This document shows, piece after piece, positions 35,583 to 51,868 of a stretch of 64,000 nucleotides of DNA. Source of the stretch: the human T2T-CHM13v2.0 reference genome, Homo sapiens. The notes below the pieces were generated by a model. That model had not been told where the DNA came from. It ran no database searches and was given only the letters and a program-made list of their open reading frames with translations. The position numbers were made by a program, and so were the translations under genes. Positions within the stretch are counted from its first letter, which is position 1. Each line of letters opens with the position of its first letter. Location: assembly GCF_009914755.1 (NCBI RefSeq), contig NC_060940.1; one strand, written 5' to 3'.

Positions 35583-36492
35583 CAGAACATGTAAAGACAA
35601 AAATCTGGAAGCTACCTAAATGAAAATGGATATTCCCTTGAACTTCGACAAAATCATACTCTATTTTTCCGTGAGAAACATTCTATTACTATAAAACAAT
35701 ATTCATATTTCACAAGTACACCTCTTAAATTATAGCTTGGCCTTAAGAGAAATAATTAGCTTTGAAAATTATCAGTACGTGATATCTAATATTTCCTGTA
35801 TTTTTGATAACTTCTACCTCCTAGCAAAAATAAACAATGCAATGGACAATTTCTGTGTTCTAAATTCACACACACAAACAGGAAAGGCACTTTAAAAAAT
35901 GATTTGTTCTCTTTGAAAGCAGAAGTCCAACCACCTGCTCTGAATCTAAAAGTTTCCTGAAAGCAATGAAGGGCTAGTTTATTATGAAGTTGTTGATAGC
36001 TGATTCTGTGGAGACTCACAAAGAAACAAAGAATAAATTTTAATCACACTGAATGCTAATGTGATAGTAAGGTTGTGATGATATTCAAATATGACTAATT
36101 TCATTAAATTAACTACACTCAGGCTTAGCTTTGTTGTCCAAATTTATTACAAATAGCTCAAAATAAATAATTCAACTCTTCTGTTTTCTATTTATTTTTG
36201 TTGATGCTTAAGAGTAAAAAGGTATTTCAACTGAATTTTTTTTTTTTTTAGCAATCAGTTCTCTTGTTTTATCACCATAAGACTGTAAACGGCCGAACAG
36301 GTCACTGCCTTCAACAAGAAATGCACCTAGAGCAGGAATATAGTACTTGGCACTCATCTCTAGACCTATAACCTAATAGATTTTTTTTTTTTTGTCTTTG
36401 GTGACAGTAACGTAAATTTAGAGCTGGAAAGGACCTTAGAGGTCATCTAGTCCCACTCAAGTATCTTTTAAAACAAAATAAAGAAGTATGTT

Positions 36493-36823
<331 letters not shown>

Positions 36824-37563
36824 TTATACACTGTGTGTTTCCAGAAAAGCCTCTGAGACAGCTTAGAATGAAAGGCACAGACGCTATAAAACAAGGGCAA
36901 AATGACAGAATAATGAAGAGAAGGAGGTGACAATTACATGGGACAACCTAGGGAAGGAAACACTACCCTTCAGCCTAAAATTTAGTCCTAAGCCTCTTGT
37001 TCTTTAGGGCCAAAAGGAAAACCAGAATTCAAATAGGTGTCGTTAGTTAATAAAATAGTATCTGCATATGTCAGCAGCTATTTTTTGGTAACTCTAAACT
37101 CTTAAGCAAAATATATAAGTCTTTAAGCAACAGACAATGGACAATACAATAAAAATAATCTTCAATAGTAATTTCAAAACTTTTAAAGATGTAAGTACAA
37201 ATGACCTTTTCTTACAGGATGCTTTTGAAAGCTGCCCGCATGATGGTATTTTAAATTACATGATGTTACATTGCCTCCATGATGGTATTTTATTGGGACC
37301 TGGTTATATGACTTGGTGAAGAATGTAACCTTTGAGAACTTAGAAGAGTGAATGGTTAATATTTCTCTGAATTTTTTTGTTTTTAATTGACATTTTATTT
37401 TATCCCTCATAGACAATATATGTTCTGGGAAATATACTGAAGTATAGTAAAAAAGAATCTCAGGGTTAAAGTGTTGAGGTAAATGAGAAAGCAGAGGTTG
37501 TGTCTGAAGAACCGTGTGGTCGGTCGCACTGCACCACACAGCAAACAAATATGCGTGAGCACA

Positions 37564-37870
<307 letters not shown>

Positions 37871-38304
37871 ATGAGTGAGCACTTTACCAGCAAATAAACA
37901 CCAATGAGAGAGGGAACAGCAGTCACAAGATGTGTTTTAACAGAGATAGTTAATTAAATATTTTCTAATACACTTATTGAACCTAGATTTAATGGAATTT
38001 TTTTCCTTTCCTGACTTTGGCAAATGTGTGTATTTTTATAGAGAACATGGTTTTACATATGCAATTTTCAGACTTTAAGTCAGGCCCATCACCAACGCTC
38101 TATGAGTTGAGTGGCCTTGATATGTGGTCCATGTATTTTTGAATCAGGGGTGGGAGGCTATCAAATGAGTCAAAAGCTGATTTTCCTAGCTTTCATTATG
38201 AACACCTCTCTGGCTGCTCTTCTTTTTGACTTTACCAAACAAATTAGTTAGTATTCCTAAATGCAAGGTATATTAACATAAGAACTAAATAAATTTTTAA
38301 AATA

Positions 38305-38316
38305 AACACACACACA

Positions 38317-38350
<34 letters not shown>
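38305..38350. repeat. (CA)n microsatellite
   Basis: Direct reading. Confidence 0.97.
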
Positions 38351-38351
<1 letters not shown>

Positions 38352-38659
38352 CACTCTCCATATTTACTTCTACTTTGAATAGCAAACAAGCTGTGTTCCT
38401 GGGCCTGTGGAAGAAATATGAAGTTTGAAAAGATTTTTAAATAACTTTTTCTTAATGAAAATAACTCTGTAGTAATTACTGTTTTAAAAAGCCATTAGAA
38501 TTTGAGCATAACACAGTTTCAATCTTGTCTCTATTCCAACTTAAAGTCCTGTCCAACAATCTCATTTTATGTTCTGTTGAATCACAAAATAAAAATTTGT
38601 ATATTTTAAAGTATTTGATGGAGGAGGAGGAGGGAAGAAAGAAGAGGAGGAGGAGGAAG

Positions 38660-39049
38660 AACATGCCAAATGCAGCTGGAGAAGGCCATGAAAAGAGAAT
38701 TCTCACGCACATATGCCTGATAACAAGAACTATCACGAAAGACTGCAAAAACCACAATCTTGCCATTGCAACCTTGTAAAAAAACACTTCTGCAAGGACA
38801 TATGTCCAGCAAATGCCTGTCCAACCTTGGACTGGCACCACCCTTGTTATTGATCCTTGTAATCAAGGATAACTATGTCAAAACAATTGTGTAATCCTCC
38901 ACATTTTTTCTTTAAATACCTTTGTCTTCCTTTACCTCCCTGAATGCATACATAGTTGACTATGGCACATGTATTCCTACTGAAATACCCTATCCCCAAC
39001 CCAGTGTTCTTTACAGAGTCTCTCTCTCTGTTCGTTATTTAGGTTGACA
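38660..39049 (+). mobile_element. ERV1-class LTR, 3' part (MER34/MER39-like)
   Basis: GCCTGATAACAAGAACTATCAC...GGACTGGCACCACCCTTGTTATTGATCC...TTATTTAGGTTGACA; subfamily uncertain. Confidence 0.65.
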
Positions 39050-40528
39050 CCTTGCACCTATTGATTGATAACATTTATTTTCCAGGATGCACTTATCATT
39101 GTTGTAATTAAGTATTAATAGTGCAATCATTTGCTTAATGCTCATAACTTCCTTCTTGACTGTACATTTGTTGAGGTCAAGTAGTATGTCTGTTTAAATC
39201 ATTCCCTAGTTCCAGGGCTTGGCAAATTCCTTGGACCAGATGAGCTCAATGCATATTTGTTATGTGAGTGAATATATGACTGATACTAAAGTAACTTAAA
39301 AAATAATTTATACCAATGATTTATCTCTCTCAGAGTTGGTCCTTATAAATGCTATATGAATCACTCCAAAACAGTACCGACTCTCGTAACAAATCCCATG
39401 AATGTGTAATTTCATTTTAATGCTGAATTGGCCCAATTTTAAACAGCATCTGGATGATCCTTTGTAATGGAGTCCCATCTAAGTTCCTATTAAAAAAGAA
39501 AGAAAAAAAAATCAGTAAAACAAAGCAAACAATGTAAACTTAAAACAACACTAATTAGTAAAACTGACACCCAATATGCAGACTAATCTAGAAGGAATTT
39601 TTACTAACTATAAGAACAATTAAGTTAAACTGGCCCATCCATATTTTGTTTTATGAAATGGAAGAATTTCCTCAATATAAAACTCATGTAAGACGGTAGT
39701 TGCCTCTTCCCAGCCTGTCCCTGAGTCAGACTCTCGGAGTGTCCCAGAAAATGGACACTTACTCCTTTACGGCTCCATTCTTACTTTTTGAGGGGACAGG
39801 TCCTAGCCACTCTCACATATCTTACATACTAAGCTCCTAGAAAGATAGAGGATACAATAAAAACCAACCAACCAACCAACCATGTGTCAGGTGCCTGTCA
39901 GGCCTGGGCACACAGTTCACTCAAGAAAAGCCCTGGGAGGGGAGGCAGCAGAATTGCCAGTCTAGCAATTTGTAACTCCAGTGGCCCAGGTCTTAGCCAC
40001 ATGACCTGGCTGGCATTGTTCTCTCCCTTCTTGCTTCCCTCCAAGCATGAACTCAGCCTCTTTTCTTTCCTTCCCTCCCTATGTTACATTGTTATTTCAT
40101 ACAATGGGATTTTAATAAGTTTGGGGAGCCAGTAGAGAGGGATTATAAAGCAAAACAGGAAACTACTGATAAGCAACTTGCATCATACCAACTGGCCGTT
40201 GAAGATTATTTTTCAAGTAAAATACAGCCTTCCTTTAGAACCTCTACCCAGAAAGCAGTAACATCAATAATCTATAAAGTAGCACTCATTCTTGCCACCA
40301 CCAGCACGCTGCATTATCCGTGCATGCTAGGTATTGTGTATGTCTTGTACGACAAGCCAAACAAAATACTAGAGGTCTCCACTTTAGCTTAGCTGAGCTA
40401 TTCCAATAAATACTTGCTCACTACTGAGAGGAGCTGTGCATCCCCTGCAGATCAGAGAAAGGGCCTTAGCCAATTTCTCAAAGGTAGAAGAATCATTTAA
40501 AAAATGATCATTTCCTGTTAGATATTAA

Positions 40529-43230
<2,702 letters not shown>

Positions 43231-43342
43231 ATATCAAGCCCTGGTTTGGGGTAATAATCACTACCTTCTAGGTAACCAGAATGCAAAAAATATAACAGAA
43301 AAAAAATCCTAAAAATCATCCTGCATACAAGAAAAATGAAAC

Positions 43343-44077
43343 CGCCATTCTCCATTCTCAATTAACCAGGGACACAATGCACTGCAGAAAGCCTCAGGGA
43401 CCTCTGCCCAAGAAAGCCTGGGTGTTGTCCAAGGTTTGCCCCCACTGAGATGGGATAGAAGTCTCTGACTTCTGAACTGGACACAGGAGTTCTCAAAATC
43501 ACCAGACAAGGCAGTGAGATGGCATGGTAAATGGTAAGGGAGGTCTCTTTGCGGTTGAGATAAGAGGAATGCTTTGGTCTCCTGCTCATCCCTGGGAATG
43601 GAATGTCTCAGTGTAAAGCTGACCATTCCTACTCATTCTATTCTGAGATAGGAGAAAACCACCCTGTGGCTAGAGGTGAGATATGCTGGCAGCAATACTG
43701 CTCTGTTACTCTTTGCTAAACTGAGATGTTTGTGTAAAGAGGAACATAAATCTAGCCTATGTGCACATCTGGGCACAGTACCTTTCCTTGAACTTATTCA
43801 TGATACAGATTCCTTTGCTCACATATTTCCCTGCTGACCTTTCCCCACCTGTTGCCCTGCTACACTCCCATCACTAACATAGTAAAAATAATGATCAATA
43901 AATACTGAGGGAACTCAGAGGCCAGCGCTGGTGCGAGTCCTCTGTATGCTGAGCACCGGTCCCCTGGGTCCACTGTTCTTTCTCTATACTTTGTTTCAGT
44001 GTCTTATTTCTTTTCTCAGTCTCTCCTCCCACCTGACGAGAAATACCCACAAGTGTGGAGGGGCTGGCCCCCTTCGA
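43343..44077 (+). mobile_element. HERV-K LTR5A/B-like LTR, 5'-truncated
   Basis: AACCAGGGACACAATGCACTGC...CAATAAATACTGAGGGAACTCAGAGGCC...GTGTGGAGGGGCTGGCCCC. Confidence 0.8.
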
Positions 44078-44505
44078 TGTCTATTATGGTGGAGTGTTTC
44101 CAGTTCTGTCTTTCCTAATACTGCCCAATAGAAACTTGACTCCTAGAGTTTGTGTAATTTTAATATATTTTAGCCATTTCCCTGTCAATTTTTATACCAT
44201 ACAATAACAAGGAATTTGACTAAATCTCTTAGGGTTTTTTAAAAAATTATATGAGAAGCTAAAAAATTTATTTTTACTAAGGTAAAAGAAAAAGGAATAA
44301 TCACAACAATAGCCATAATTCTTCTGTCTATGAAGAGCCCTTCAGGTGGTGACATCAGAACTCACAACAACAGCATAAGGGAAGTAGAACAAATGCAGCC
44401 AAAGTCCCCCGTACACCTCCCTTTTCTCTTCTAACCACAGAATTCAATCGTGTATCCGTTTACTCTGGAATGAAAGTATCTGTAGAAACCATGAATGTTT
44501 CATCT

Positions 44506-44840
44506 GTTTTTCTTTTCTTTTCTTTTCTTTTTGAGACGGAGTCTTGCTCTGTTGCCAAGGCTGGAGTGCTGGTTGCTCTGTTGCTCTGTTACTCTGTTGC
44601 CCAGGCTGGAGTGCAGCTTACATCTTTGCTTCCTGGGTTTAAGTGATTCTCCTGCCTCAGTCTCCCGAGTATCTGTGACTCCAGGTGTGTGCCACTATGC
44701 CTGGCTAATTTTTTGTATTTTTAGTAGAGACCATGTTTCACTCTGTTAGCCGGGATGGCCTCAATCTCTTGACCTTGTGATCCACCCGCCTCGGCCTCCC
44801 AAAGTGCTAGGATTACAGGCATGAGCCACCGTATCCAGCC
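44506..44840 (-). mobile_element. Alu with internal TGCTCTGT duplications
   Basis: Antisense Alu; TSD TCATCTGTTTTTC. Confidence 0.92.
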
Positions 44841-44858
44841 TCATCTGTTTTTCTAATG

Positions 44859-45816
44859 TGTAGTGTCCAGCCCTACGGGGTTTAGCAGGTGTTCTCCCTG
44901 TGTGCGGAGACGAGAGATTATAATAAATAAAGACACAAGACAAAGACATAAAGAGAAAGCAGCTGGGCCCGGGGGACCACTACCACCAAGACGCAGAGAC
45001 CACTAGTGACCCCGAACAGCTGGACGGGCTGATATTTATTGCATACAAGACAAGGGGGCAGCGTAAGGAGGGTGAATCTTCTAAGTGATTGACAAGGTGA
45101 AGCAAGTCATGTGATCACAGGACAGGGAGCCCTTCCCTCTTAGGTAGCCGAAGCAGACAGAGAGAAGGAAGCATATGTCAGCGTTTCCTTCTATGCACTT
45201 ATAAGAAAGAACAAAGACTTTAAGACTTCCTTCTACCATTATCTACTATAGACTTCAAAGAGGAACCAGGAGTATGGGAAGAACATGAAAGTGGACAAGG
45301 AGTGTGACCATTGAAGCACAGCACCACAGGGAGGGGTTTAGGCCTCTGGATGACTGTGGGAAGGCCTGGATAATTTATCCAACCTCTCACAAGAAGCTGG
45401 TGGAGCAGAGTGTTCCCTGACTCCTCCAAGGAAAGGAGACTCCCTTTCATGGTCTGCTAAGTAATGAGTGTCTTCCCAGACACTGGCATTACCACTTGAC
45501 CAAGGAGCCCTCAAGCGGCCCTTATGGGGGCGTGAGAGAAGGCTCACCTCTTGCCTTCTAGGTCACTTCTCACAATGTCCCTTCAGCACCTGACCCTATA
45601 CCCGCCGGTTATTCCTAGGTTATATTAGCAATGCAATAAAGAGTAATATTAAAAGCTAATGATTAATAATGTTTATAATAATGATTGATAATTGCCCATG
45701 ATCATCTCTATATCTAATTTGTATTATGACTATTCTATTCTAACAATTTTCTTTATTATACTGAAACAGTTTGTTTCAGTCTCTTGCCTTGGCACCTTGG
45801 TGACCTTTCGCCCACA
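44859..45816 (-). mobile_element. LTR13A-like (HERV-K family) solo LTR
   Basis: Minus strand begins TGTGGGCGAAAGG...GGTGCCAAGGCAAGAGAC; 6-bp TSD CTAATG on both sides. Confidence 0.88.
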
Positions 45817-45825
45817 CTAATGGTC

Positions 45826-46080
45826 ATATAATATAGTTTAGATGTCTCCTCCAAATCTCATATTGAATTTTAATCCCTAATGTTACAGGTGGGGCATGGT
45901 GGTAGATGGTTGAATCATGGGGATAGATTTCTCATGGCTCTGTGCTGTCCTTGTCATAGTGAGTACTCACGAGATGTGGTGGTTTAAAAGTGAAGCATAC
46001 CCCTCCCTGATCTTTCCTGTTTCAACTCCTACCATGTGAGATTCCTGCAGCTCTTTCATTTTTCATCATGATTATAAGCT
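45826..46080 (+). mobile_element. MST-type MaLR LTR fragment
   Basis: CCTCCAAATCTCATATTGAA...GAATCATGGGG...CATAGTGAGT...CACGAGAT. Confidence 0.75.
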
Positions 46081-46177
46081 ACTTTAGATGTTAATATTGT
46101 TACAAAATTTCACTGAATTTTCTTGTAAAATTACCTGACAAAGTTTATGTTATTATACCATTAATGTGATAAATAAA

Positions 46178-46510
46178 TATATTATGACATTACAACATAT
46201 TATGATATCATAATTCATATGTATTATGACATCACAATATATTATGACATCATAATGCACACACAACATGACATCATAATATATTATGGCATCATAATTT
46301 ATACTACAACATCACAATATATCATGACATCATAATGCACATGTATTATGACATCAAAATTCATAGGCATTATCACGTCACAGTATATTGTGACATCATC
46401 ATCAGTATGTGTTATGACATCACAATATATTATGACATTATACTTCATATGTATTATGGCATCACAGTACATTATGACATCGTACTTTGTATATAATATG
46501 ATGTATCATG
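46178..46510. repeat. Degenerate minisatellite, ~16 units alternating ~18/24 nt, core TATTATGACATCA(C/T)AAT
   Basis: Repeated TATTATGACATCACAATA / TATTATGACATCATAATGCACATG. Confidence 0.9.
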
Positions 46511-48367
46511 AATTATTATGTAAATGATATGTATTACATATCTATTAGATGGCTCTGGATGTCTTGGGCTCTGTGGGGCAGGCTGGGGGTCAGAGGAGAC
46601 ACACATGCTGCAGATGGGGAGACTGGGGCACAGGGTCCTGGGGTTCCAGGAGCAGTGAGGAGGCCAGGATTGGCCTGTGGGGACTTTGATGTTGGCTCTG
46701 GGTGAGGTGGCTACTGTAGGTGTGAGCACAGCAGTGCTTGGGGGCTCAGGTGGCTGCCAAGGGGCAGATGGATGGAGGGGACAAAAGCTACAGCCCAGCA
46801 GGAGGGCAGGGTGGCCATGAGGGTTGTAAAAGTGATGCCAACAGCATTTGTGGGGGATTGGCTGTGGGTGTGAAACAGCAGCAGCGGAACAATTCCCAGT
46901 CATTCTGGCCTGGAACAGTGGCAGGTGAACTCTGCCCAGTTGTGGAGGGGTCTGTCAGGAAGATGGGGCTTCTGGTTTCAGAGGAGCCCAGAGATGTGCT
47001 CAGGCAGATGAGGGTCCTCATGGGATAGGCATGGGAGAGGCAGCTGCAACTTGGGGACCACTGGTGGTGGGCTGAGCCCCTGAGACCTCTGGAGTGAGCA
47101 GGAAAGAAAGTGAGGAGGAGCCAGCCAGGGAGCCAGAGGCAGAGGGAAGAGAGGAAAGTAGACCCCGGGAGGAGCAGACAGGAAAGGATGAAAATTTCCC
47201 CTCACCTGCCTCAGCAGCCTCTGCCCCTGCCCACACACCCTTGTGCACTCCCCCTGAGTCCCTGCTCACCTCTGCCTACCCAGCCATCCCAGGATGGTGT
47301 GGGCTCAAGCTCTGGGGGTAACTGAAGAGCCACTTTAAGAAGGCACAGTCTAGAAGTGAGCAGCATTGAGTCACTGTTGTCTCCCAGTCCTGGGAACATC
47401 CTGTGCCACAGTTTGCTGAGCTGTCTTAATCACCAGTGGGTCCCCATCTCCCACCCCTGGAATCCCAGAGGACAGCTCAGAGTTGTGATTGGTGCCTCTT
47501 CCCAGCGTCTCTCTACACAGCTCCCGGCTGTGCTTCAGCATCCTCCACCGAAAGGTGGGCCTGTCGCTGCATGTGAATGGCAAGGAGGTCACTGTGGGGA
47601 AGCGGCTGCCTCCTTTCTCTTTCCTGGGCCCCTGGTGCTTCTCTCCTGGGGGTAAGGCAGTTGAGCCTACCCACAAGTCCAGGCAGGAAGGCAGCCCCAC
47701 CCCAGCACCCAGAAATTAGAAAAACTAGCTGAGGTGTGAGAGGGGGAATGGTGACAGCCCTGGAAGTCAGGATAAAAAAGAGACGAAGCCTCCAGGCCGC
47801 CATCCTCACCAGTGCCCACCGGGCCCTGAAGCTCTGCAGGGGGTGGCTTATGGGCTCAGAGGCTTGTGGACCAAGGCTTCTCAGCTGCTTCTGAGGCTCC
47901 CAGCTCTGCAAGGGGCTGGGTTTCTTCTCCTGGTAAACTGCTCCCAATGCCTGTCCTGACTCACTCACTTAGCTGGGCTACCTGCTGGGCCTCCTTCCTG
48001 GTGGGCCCTCCCCATGTGCCTCCCTGTGCAGGTGGGGTATCCCCTCGAGACTCCATTATTCTTTGAGGCTTTCAGGCCAGGATGAAGAACCCCAGCCTCT
48101 CAGCAGGAGCAGCCACTTGGGGGAAGCAGAGGGAATAGAAAGGCACACATTGCCAGCTCTGAGCATGACTGGGTGGGGACATTGTGTTGAAGCTCCTGGG
48201 AGCCTCATTCAGCCCAAGTAGATGTCCTTGACATGTCAACACTCTCCCTACACAGGAGAAAAACATGAGACTCGGAGTGGGCAGGGTGATCTTGAATCGG
48301 GGGTCTGGTCAGATGGGTCTCTGTTCCTCGCCTCAGCTATGGCCTTCATGTGTGCTTCCACCAGCAG

Positions 48368-48962
48368 AGACCCCTTCCTGGACTTTGCCCCAGTGGATGG
48401 ACAGGAAACTGCCAGCCATGCTGGCCACCACAACCAACTTTCACTGCCTGGCTCCTAGCAACCCCACTCTCTCCATCTCCTGGCTGAAGAACCACAAGAG
48501 GTCTAAGGAGAGCATCACATCAGGATATTGAGGTGGGCCTGGAAGTTGGTGGGAGTGTGGGCTGGATGTGGAAGGTGGGACCTGTCTTTTGCTTACCTGT
48601 CCTTCCACCTGGAGCTATGGCACCAGAAGTAGACCCTGATCATGGAGTGTGGTGCCCTCAGACTGCTTTCATCCCACCTCTGTGATGAAGAACAAGTGCA
48701 GCAGCCTTCAGCAGACATGCATGCTGGACAGCTGGGTGAGGACTGTGGCCTGTGGGCAGGGTGCAGGGAGCTAGGCAGCCTCTGAGCTCCCATCTATTCT
48801 CTCAATGTGCCCTCCTGACCAACTCTTTCTACCTGCAGGACTGCTGACCAACCAGATGCAGTAAGGTGAAATTCCACTGCAAAGTGTATGGCAACTTAGT
48901 ATGTGGAGGTGAACAACAGCAAGGTGGGTGTCAATGGCATGCCCTATGTGACTGTGCTTAGG
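48368..48962 (+). pseudogene. FGFR3: Unprocessed FGFR3 fragment (three Ig2-Ig3 exons, degenerate)
   Basis: 48368-48532: TPSWTLPQWMDRKLPAML...FHCLAPSNPTLSISWLKN..|GT. 48615-48735: LWHQK*TLIME/VVPSD...KNKCSSLQQTCMLD|GT. ~48806-48962: AGLLTNQ../VKFHCKVY../VEVNNSKVGVNGMPYVTVL|GT. These match recalled FGFR3 (MDKKLL, SISWLKN, FHCKVY, VEVNGSKVG) better than FGFR4. Short introns are retained. Confidence 0.88.
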
Positions 48963-49499
48963 TTAGCTGCTGCTGCTTGTCAGGAGCATGGGGATGGCAT
49001 GCCGATGCTCCACTTCACTAAACTCTACCATCATTATAGAAGTTTTGGAGTAGCCTATGAAAGACAGAATCATGTCATTATCCAAGAGACAAAATCCTCT
49101 AGAGTAAGCAGTTCTCCTGGATATAAACTTGGTGCTGGTTCATTTAGCATTTGCTACGAACCAATGTCTAAAATTAGAGGCAGTTTCTCCTAAAGTGAGA
49201 TGACATGAGTCAGTTGATAAAAGTGTGAAGCACTCCTGTGAGTATTGTCCCTCATAATTCATTCAAAAACATTTGCTTCTGTCTTTGCAACTTCATGCTC
49301 TCTGAATTCCCACACTGAGTAAAAACCTCCTTGGTGGGCTTATAATCAATCTCACATATTTAACAATTTGGATTTTATCTTACGTTCCGCTATAAAATAT
49401 GGAACAAAATCGGTTTGATTTACAGTAGATGTAAAATAGAAAAATTAGGATGGGCTATTCTGGACATGTAGAATTAGTTCCTTTCATGGGTTTTCTACA

Positions 49500-50640
49500 A
49501 ACCTGTATTTATTACACTAAAATAATGCTAAAATATATTTTGTTTTATTGTGTGGAGTTTAAATGGATACACTGGATAATGGAATAACATTAACTAAATA
49601 AACATTGATGCCTATTTTTTTCAGTGTTTTAAAATTTTTTAACAAAGATTTCTTTTTACGGTAAAATTGCACTTCATTAAATCTACTCCTAAATATTTCT
49701 TTCTTTTTCATACATACACAAATGGATTGTTTTTTTAATTTTATTTTCAGGTTGATCATTGTTAGTACATAAAAGTACAATTGAACTTTGCATATTGATT
49801 TTGTATCTTGTGACCTTGCTGAACTCATGTATTGGTTTTAGTGGGTTTTAATGAGTTTTTTATAAACTTTTATATTCACTTATGTCCTCTGCAATGATAG
49901 ACAATTCTAACATCTTATTTTCCCACATTGATGATTTTGTTTTTTTCTCTCATGTAATTTCTTTGGATGTTAACATTTTTGCCTTGTTCTAAAATGTCAA
50001 GACACAACAACCAGTATTTTACTATTATGGCGTTAGGTGTAAGTTTTTCACTGATGCTCTTTAGCAGATTTAGGAAGTTTGCTTGTACCCTTCCTTTCCA
50101 GGGAGATTGTGAATGAATATTGGATTGGTCAAATGCTCCCTGTGTCTGTTGAAAGGCTCTTTCTGTTAATTTCCTTTATCCTATTACTTTGTGTAAGGCA
50201 CTGATTGATTATCGGATAGATCAATATTGCATCTGTAAAATAATTCCATTTGGTCATGGTGTACATTCATTTTGATATATTCTTGATTCATTTCGCTTTT
50301 TTGAGAATTTCTCTGTGTGTATTCATCAGGGAAATTCATCCATACACATATTTACTTCTGATGCTTTTGTCTGCCTTTAGTATCAGGGTAATACTGGCCT
50401 CACAGAACAAATTGGGAAGTGTTCCCAATAACTGTCCCATATTTTCTGGAAGGTCTTGTAAAGAGTTGGCATTAATTCTTCATTAAATGTTTAGTAGAAT
50501 TTACCAGTTAAGCCATGTGGCTCTGGGCTTCTCTTTTTGTGAAGATTTTTAATTAATTGAATCTCTTTACTTGTTATATGTGTATTCATATATTCTGTTC
50601 CTTCTTGGATTTGCTTTTATAATTGGTGCCTATTGAGGTA
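49500..50640 (-). mobile_element. Old L1M fragments (antisense)
   Basis: GATTTTGTATCTTGTGACCTTGCTGAACTCA, GTATCAGGGTAATACTGGCCTCA, AGTAGAATTTACCAGT. Confidence 0.85.
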
Positions 50641-50844
50641 TTTATTTCTAATTTGTAGTATTTCATGTGTTTAGGTTTTCTAGACAGTTGGCACAGAAGA
50701 TTCAAGAAGTTTAATGTAGGAGAATGTTTAATGTAGGAGAATGAGGCTTTGGTGTCATCAATGAATGACTTGAAGTTTCTTATGTTGTAATGAAAGATAT
50801 GACCGTAACTGCCATAGTTAATATTTATTGTGCAAGTCAAATAA

Positions 50845-51868
50845 GAAGGCAGGAGGAAAGGACATCCATCACTCAATCACACACCAGTGTACTCATTAAA
50901 GCCTTTGAGAAGGACCCTCAACATTTTCCAAGAGAATTCCTTTCCTGGAATCACCATTATAGAGAAACTGGCTAAACAGACAGGCATTTCAGAGTCCAAA
51001 ATTTACATTTGGTTTCAGAACCAAAGACCTCAGCTCCCAGGCCACAGCAGAAGCGGGCTTGTGAATTCCCTGGCAGCGGGTCCAAGACCAAGACCTCATC
51101 TGACTGTTTGGCTGGAACAAAACATGTGCACTACCCCAGGCAGGTCTCATCTTCTTCCTGCCTCCTATTCTGTCAGCAGCCACCTGTCATTTGTACCAGC
51201 TCTTCCTTCACCTCCCACAACCTGTGATTTTTTGGATCCCTCTGCAGGCTGTGTGAGCCAGGCACCAAGGGTCACGATGCACATAGCACCCTGGCTGTGC
51301 AGATGGGAGAGTTCTCTCAACCTCTTCTGGCACTTAGGAGTCATATGTCAATGGTACCAACTCTAGGAGGGAGGCTCTCCCATACACAGACTTGTTTCTG
51401 GCCTCAGTCGAAAGGAAAACTTTAGGATGACAAGAAAAATAAGACACTGGCCTGGAAGTTCTGCCTTAAAGGGACAGCCACAGCCTGGTCATCCTTAGCC
51501 ACAATTTTAGAGTCTGGGTCAACAGGACACATCCCACCTTCACAAGTGGTGGAGCTTAGGCAACGGGTCCCAGGATGCCATGATTCAATGGCAACCTGGA
51601 GCAGGAGCACCTTAGTAGCCCATGCACATAGGTCTACCTGTGGCAGAAACAGGCACAAGCCATGAAAGAGCCATCTATCTGCTGGAGCAACCACACCAGT
51701 CATCTGCATGATCTTCTACAAGTCCCAGAGTTTCAGGAAAAGGCACAATCTTTTCGGAATGCAGATCCACAAGAGGAGGGCCCTCCGTGGTCTGAATCAC
51801 CACTCAGTGAGAAAGAATTTCAGGCTCTGCTTAACAGGCTGCAGAGCTCACCAGGGGATCAGCTTTAG
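50845..51868 (+). pseudogene. Intronless DUX-family (DUXC/DUX4-like) pseudogene: one homeodomain plus C-terminal activation motif
   Basis: EGRRK/TSITQSHTSVLIKAFEK [insert/frameshift] FPGITIIEKLAKQTGISESKIYIWFQNQRPQLPG resembles DUX4 HD2. The end, LHDLLQVPEFQEKAQSF...ESPLSEKEFQALLNRL...* (51868), resembles DUX4 LLDELLASPEFLQQAQ...APLSEEEYRALLEEL. Multiple frameshifts. Confidence 0.88.

Noticed and set aside
46178-46510. CRISPR-like reading of the palindromic repeat array
   Set aside because: No unique spacers (units are adjacent), no cas genes, and the context is primate.
50887-51366. 159-aa ORF as a functional homeobox protein
   Set aside because: It has only the second half of the homeodomain (helix 1 is in another frame), the conserved WFQNRR is altered to WFQNQR, and it is out of frame with the C-terminal motif.
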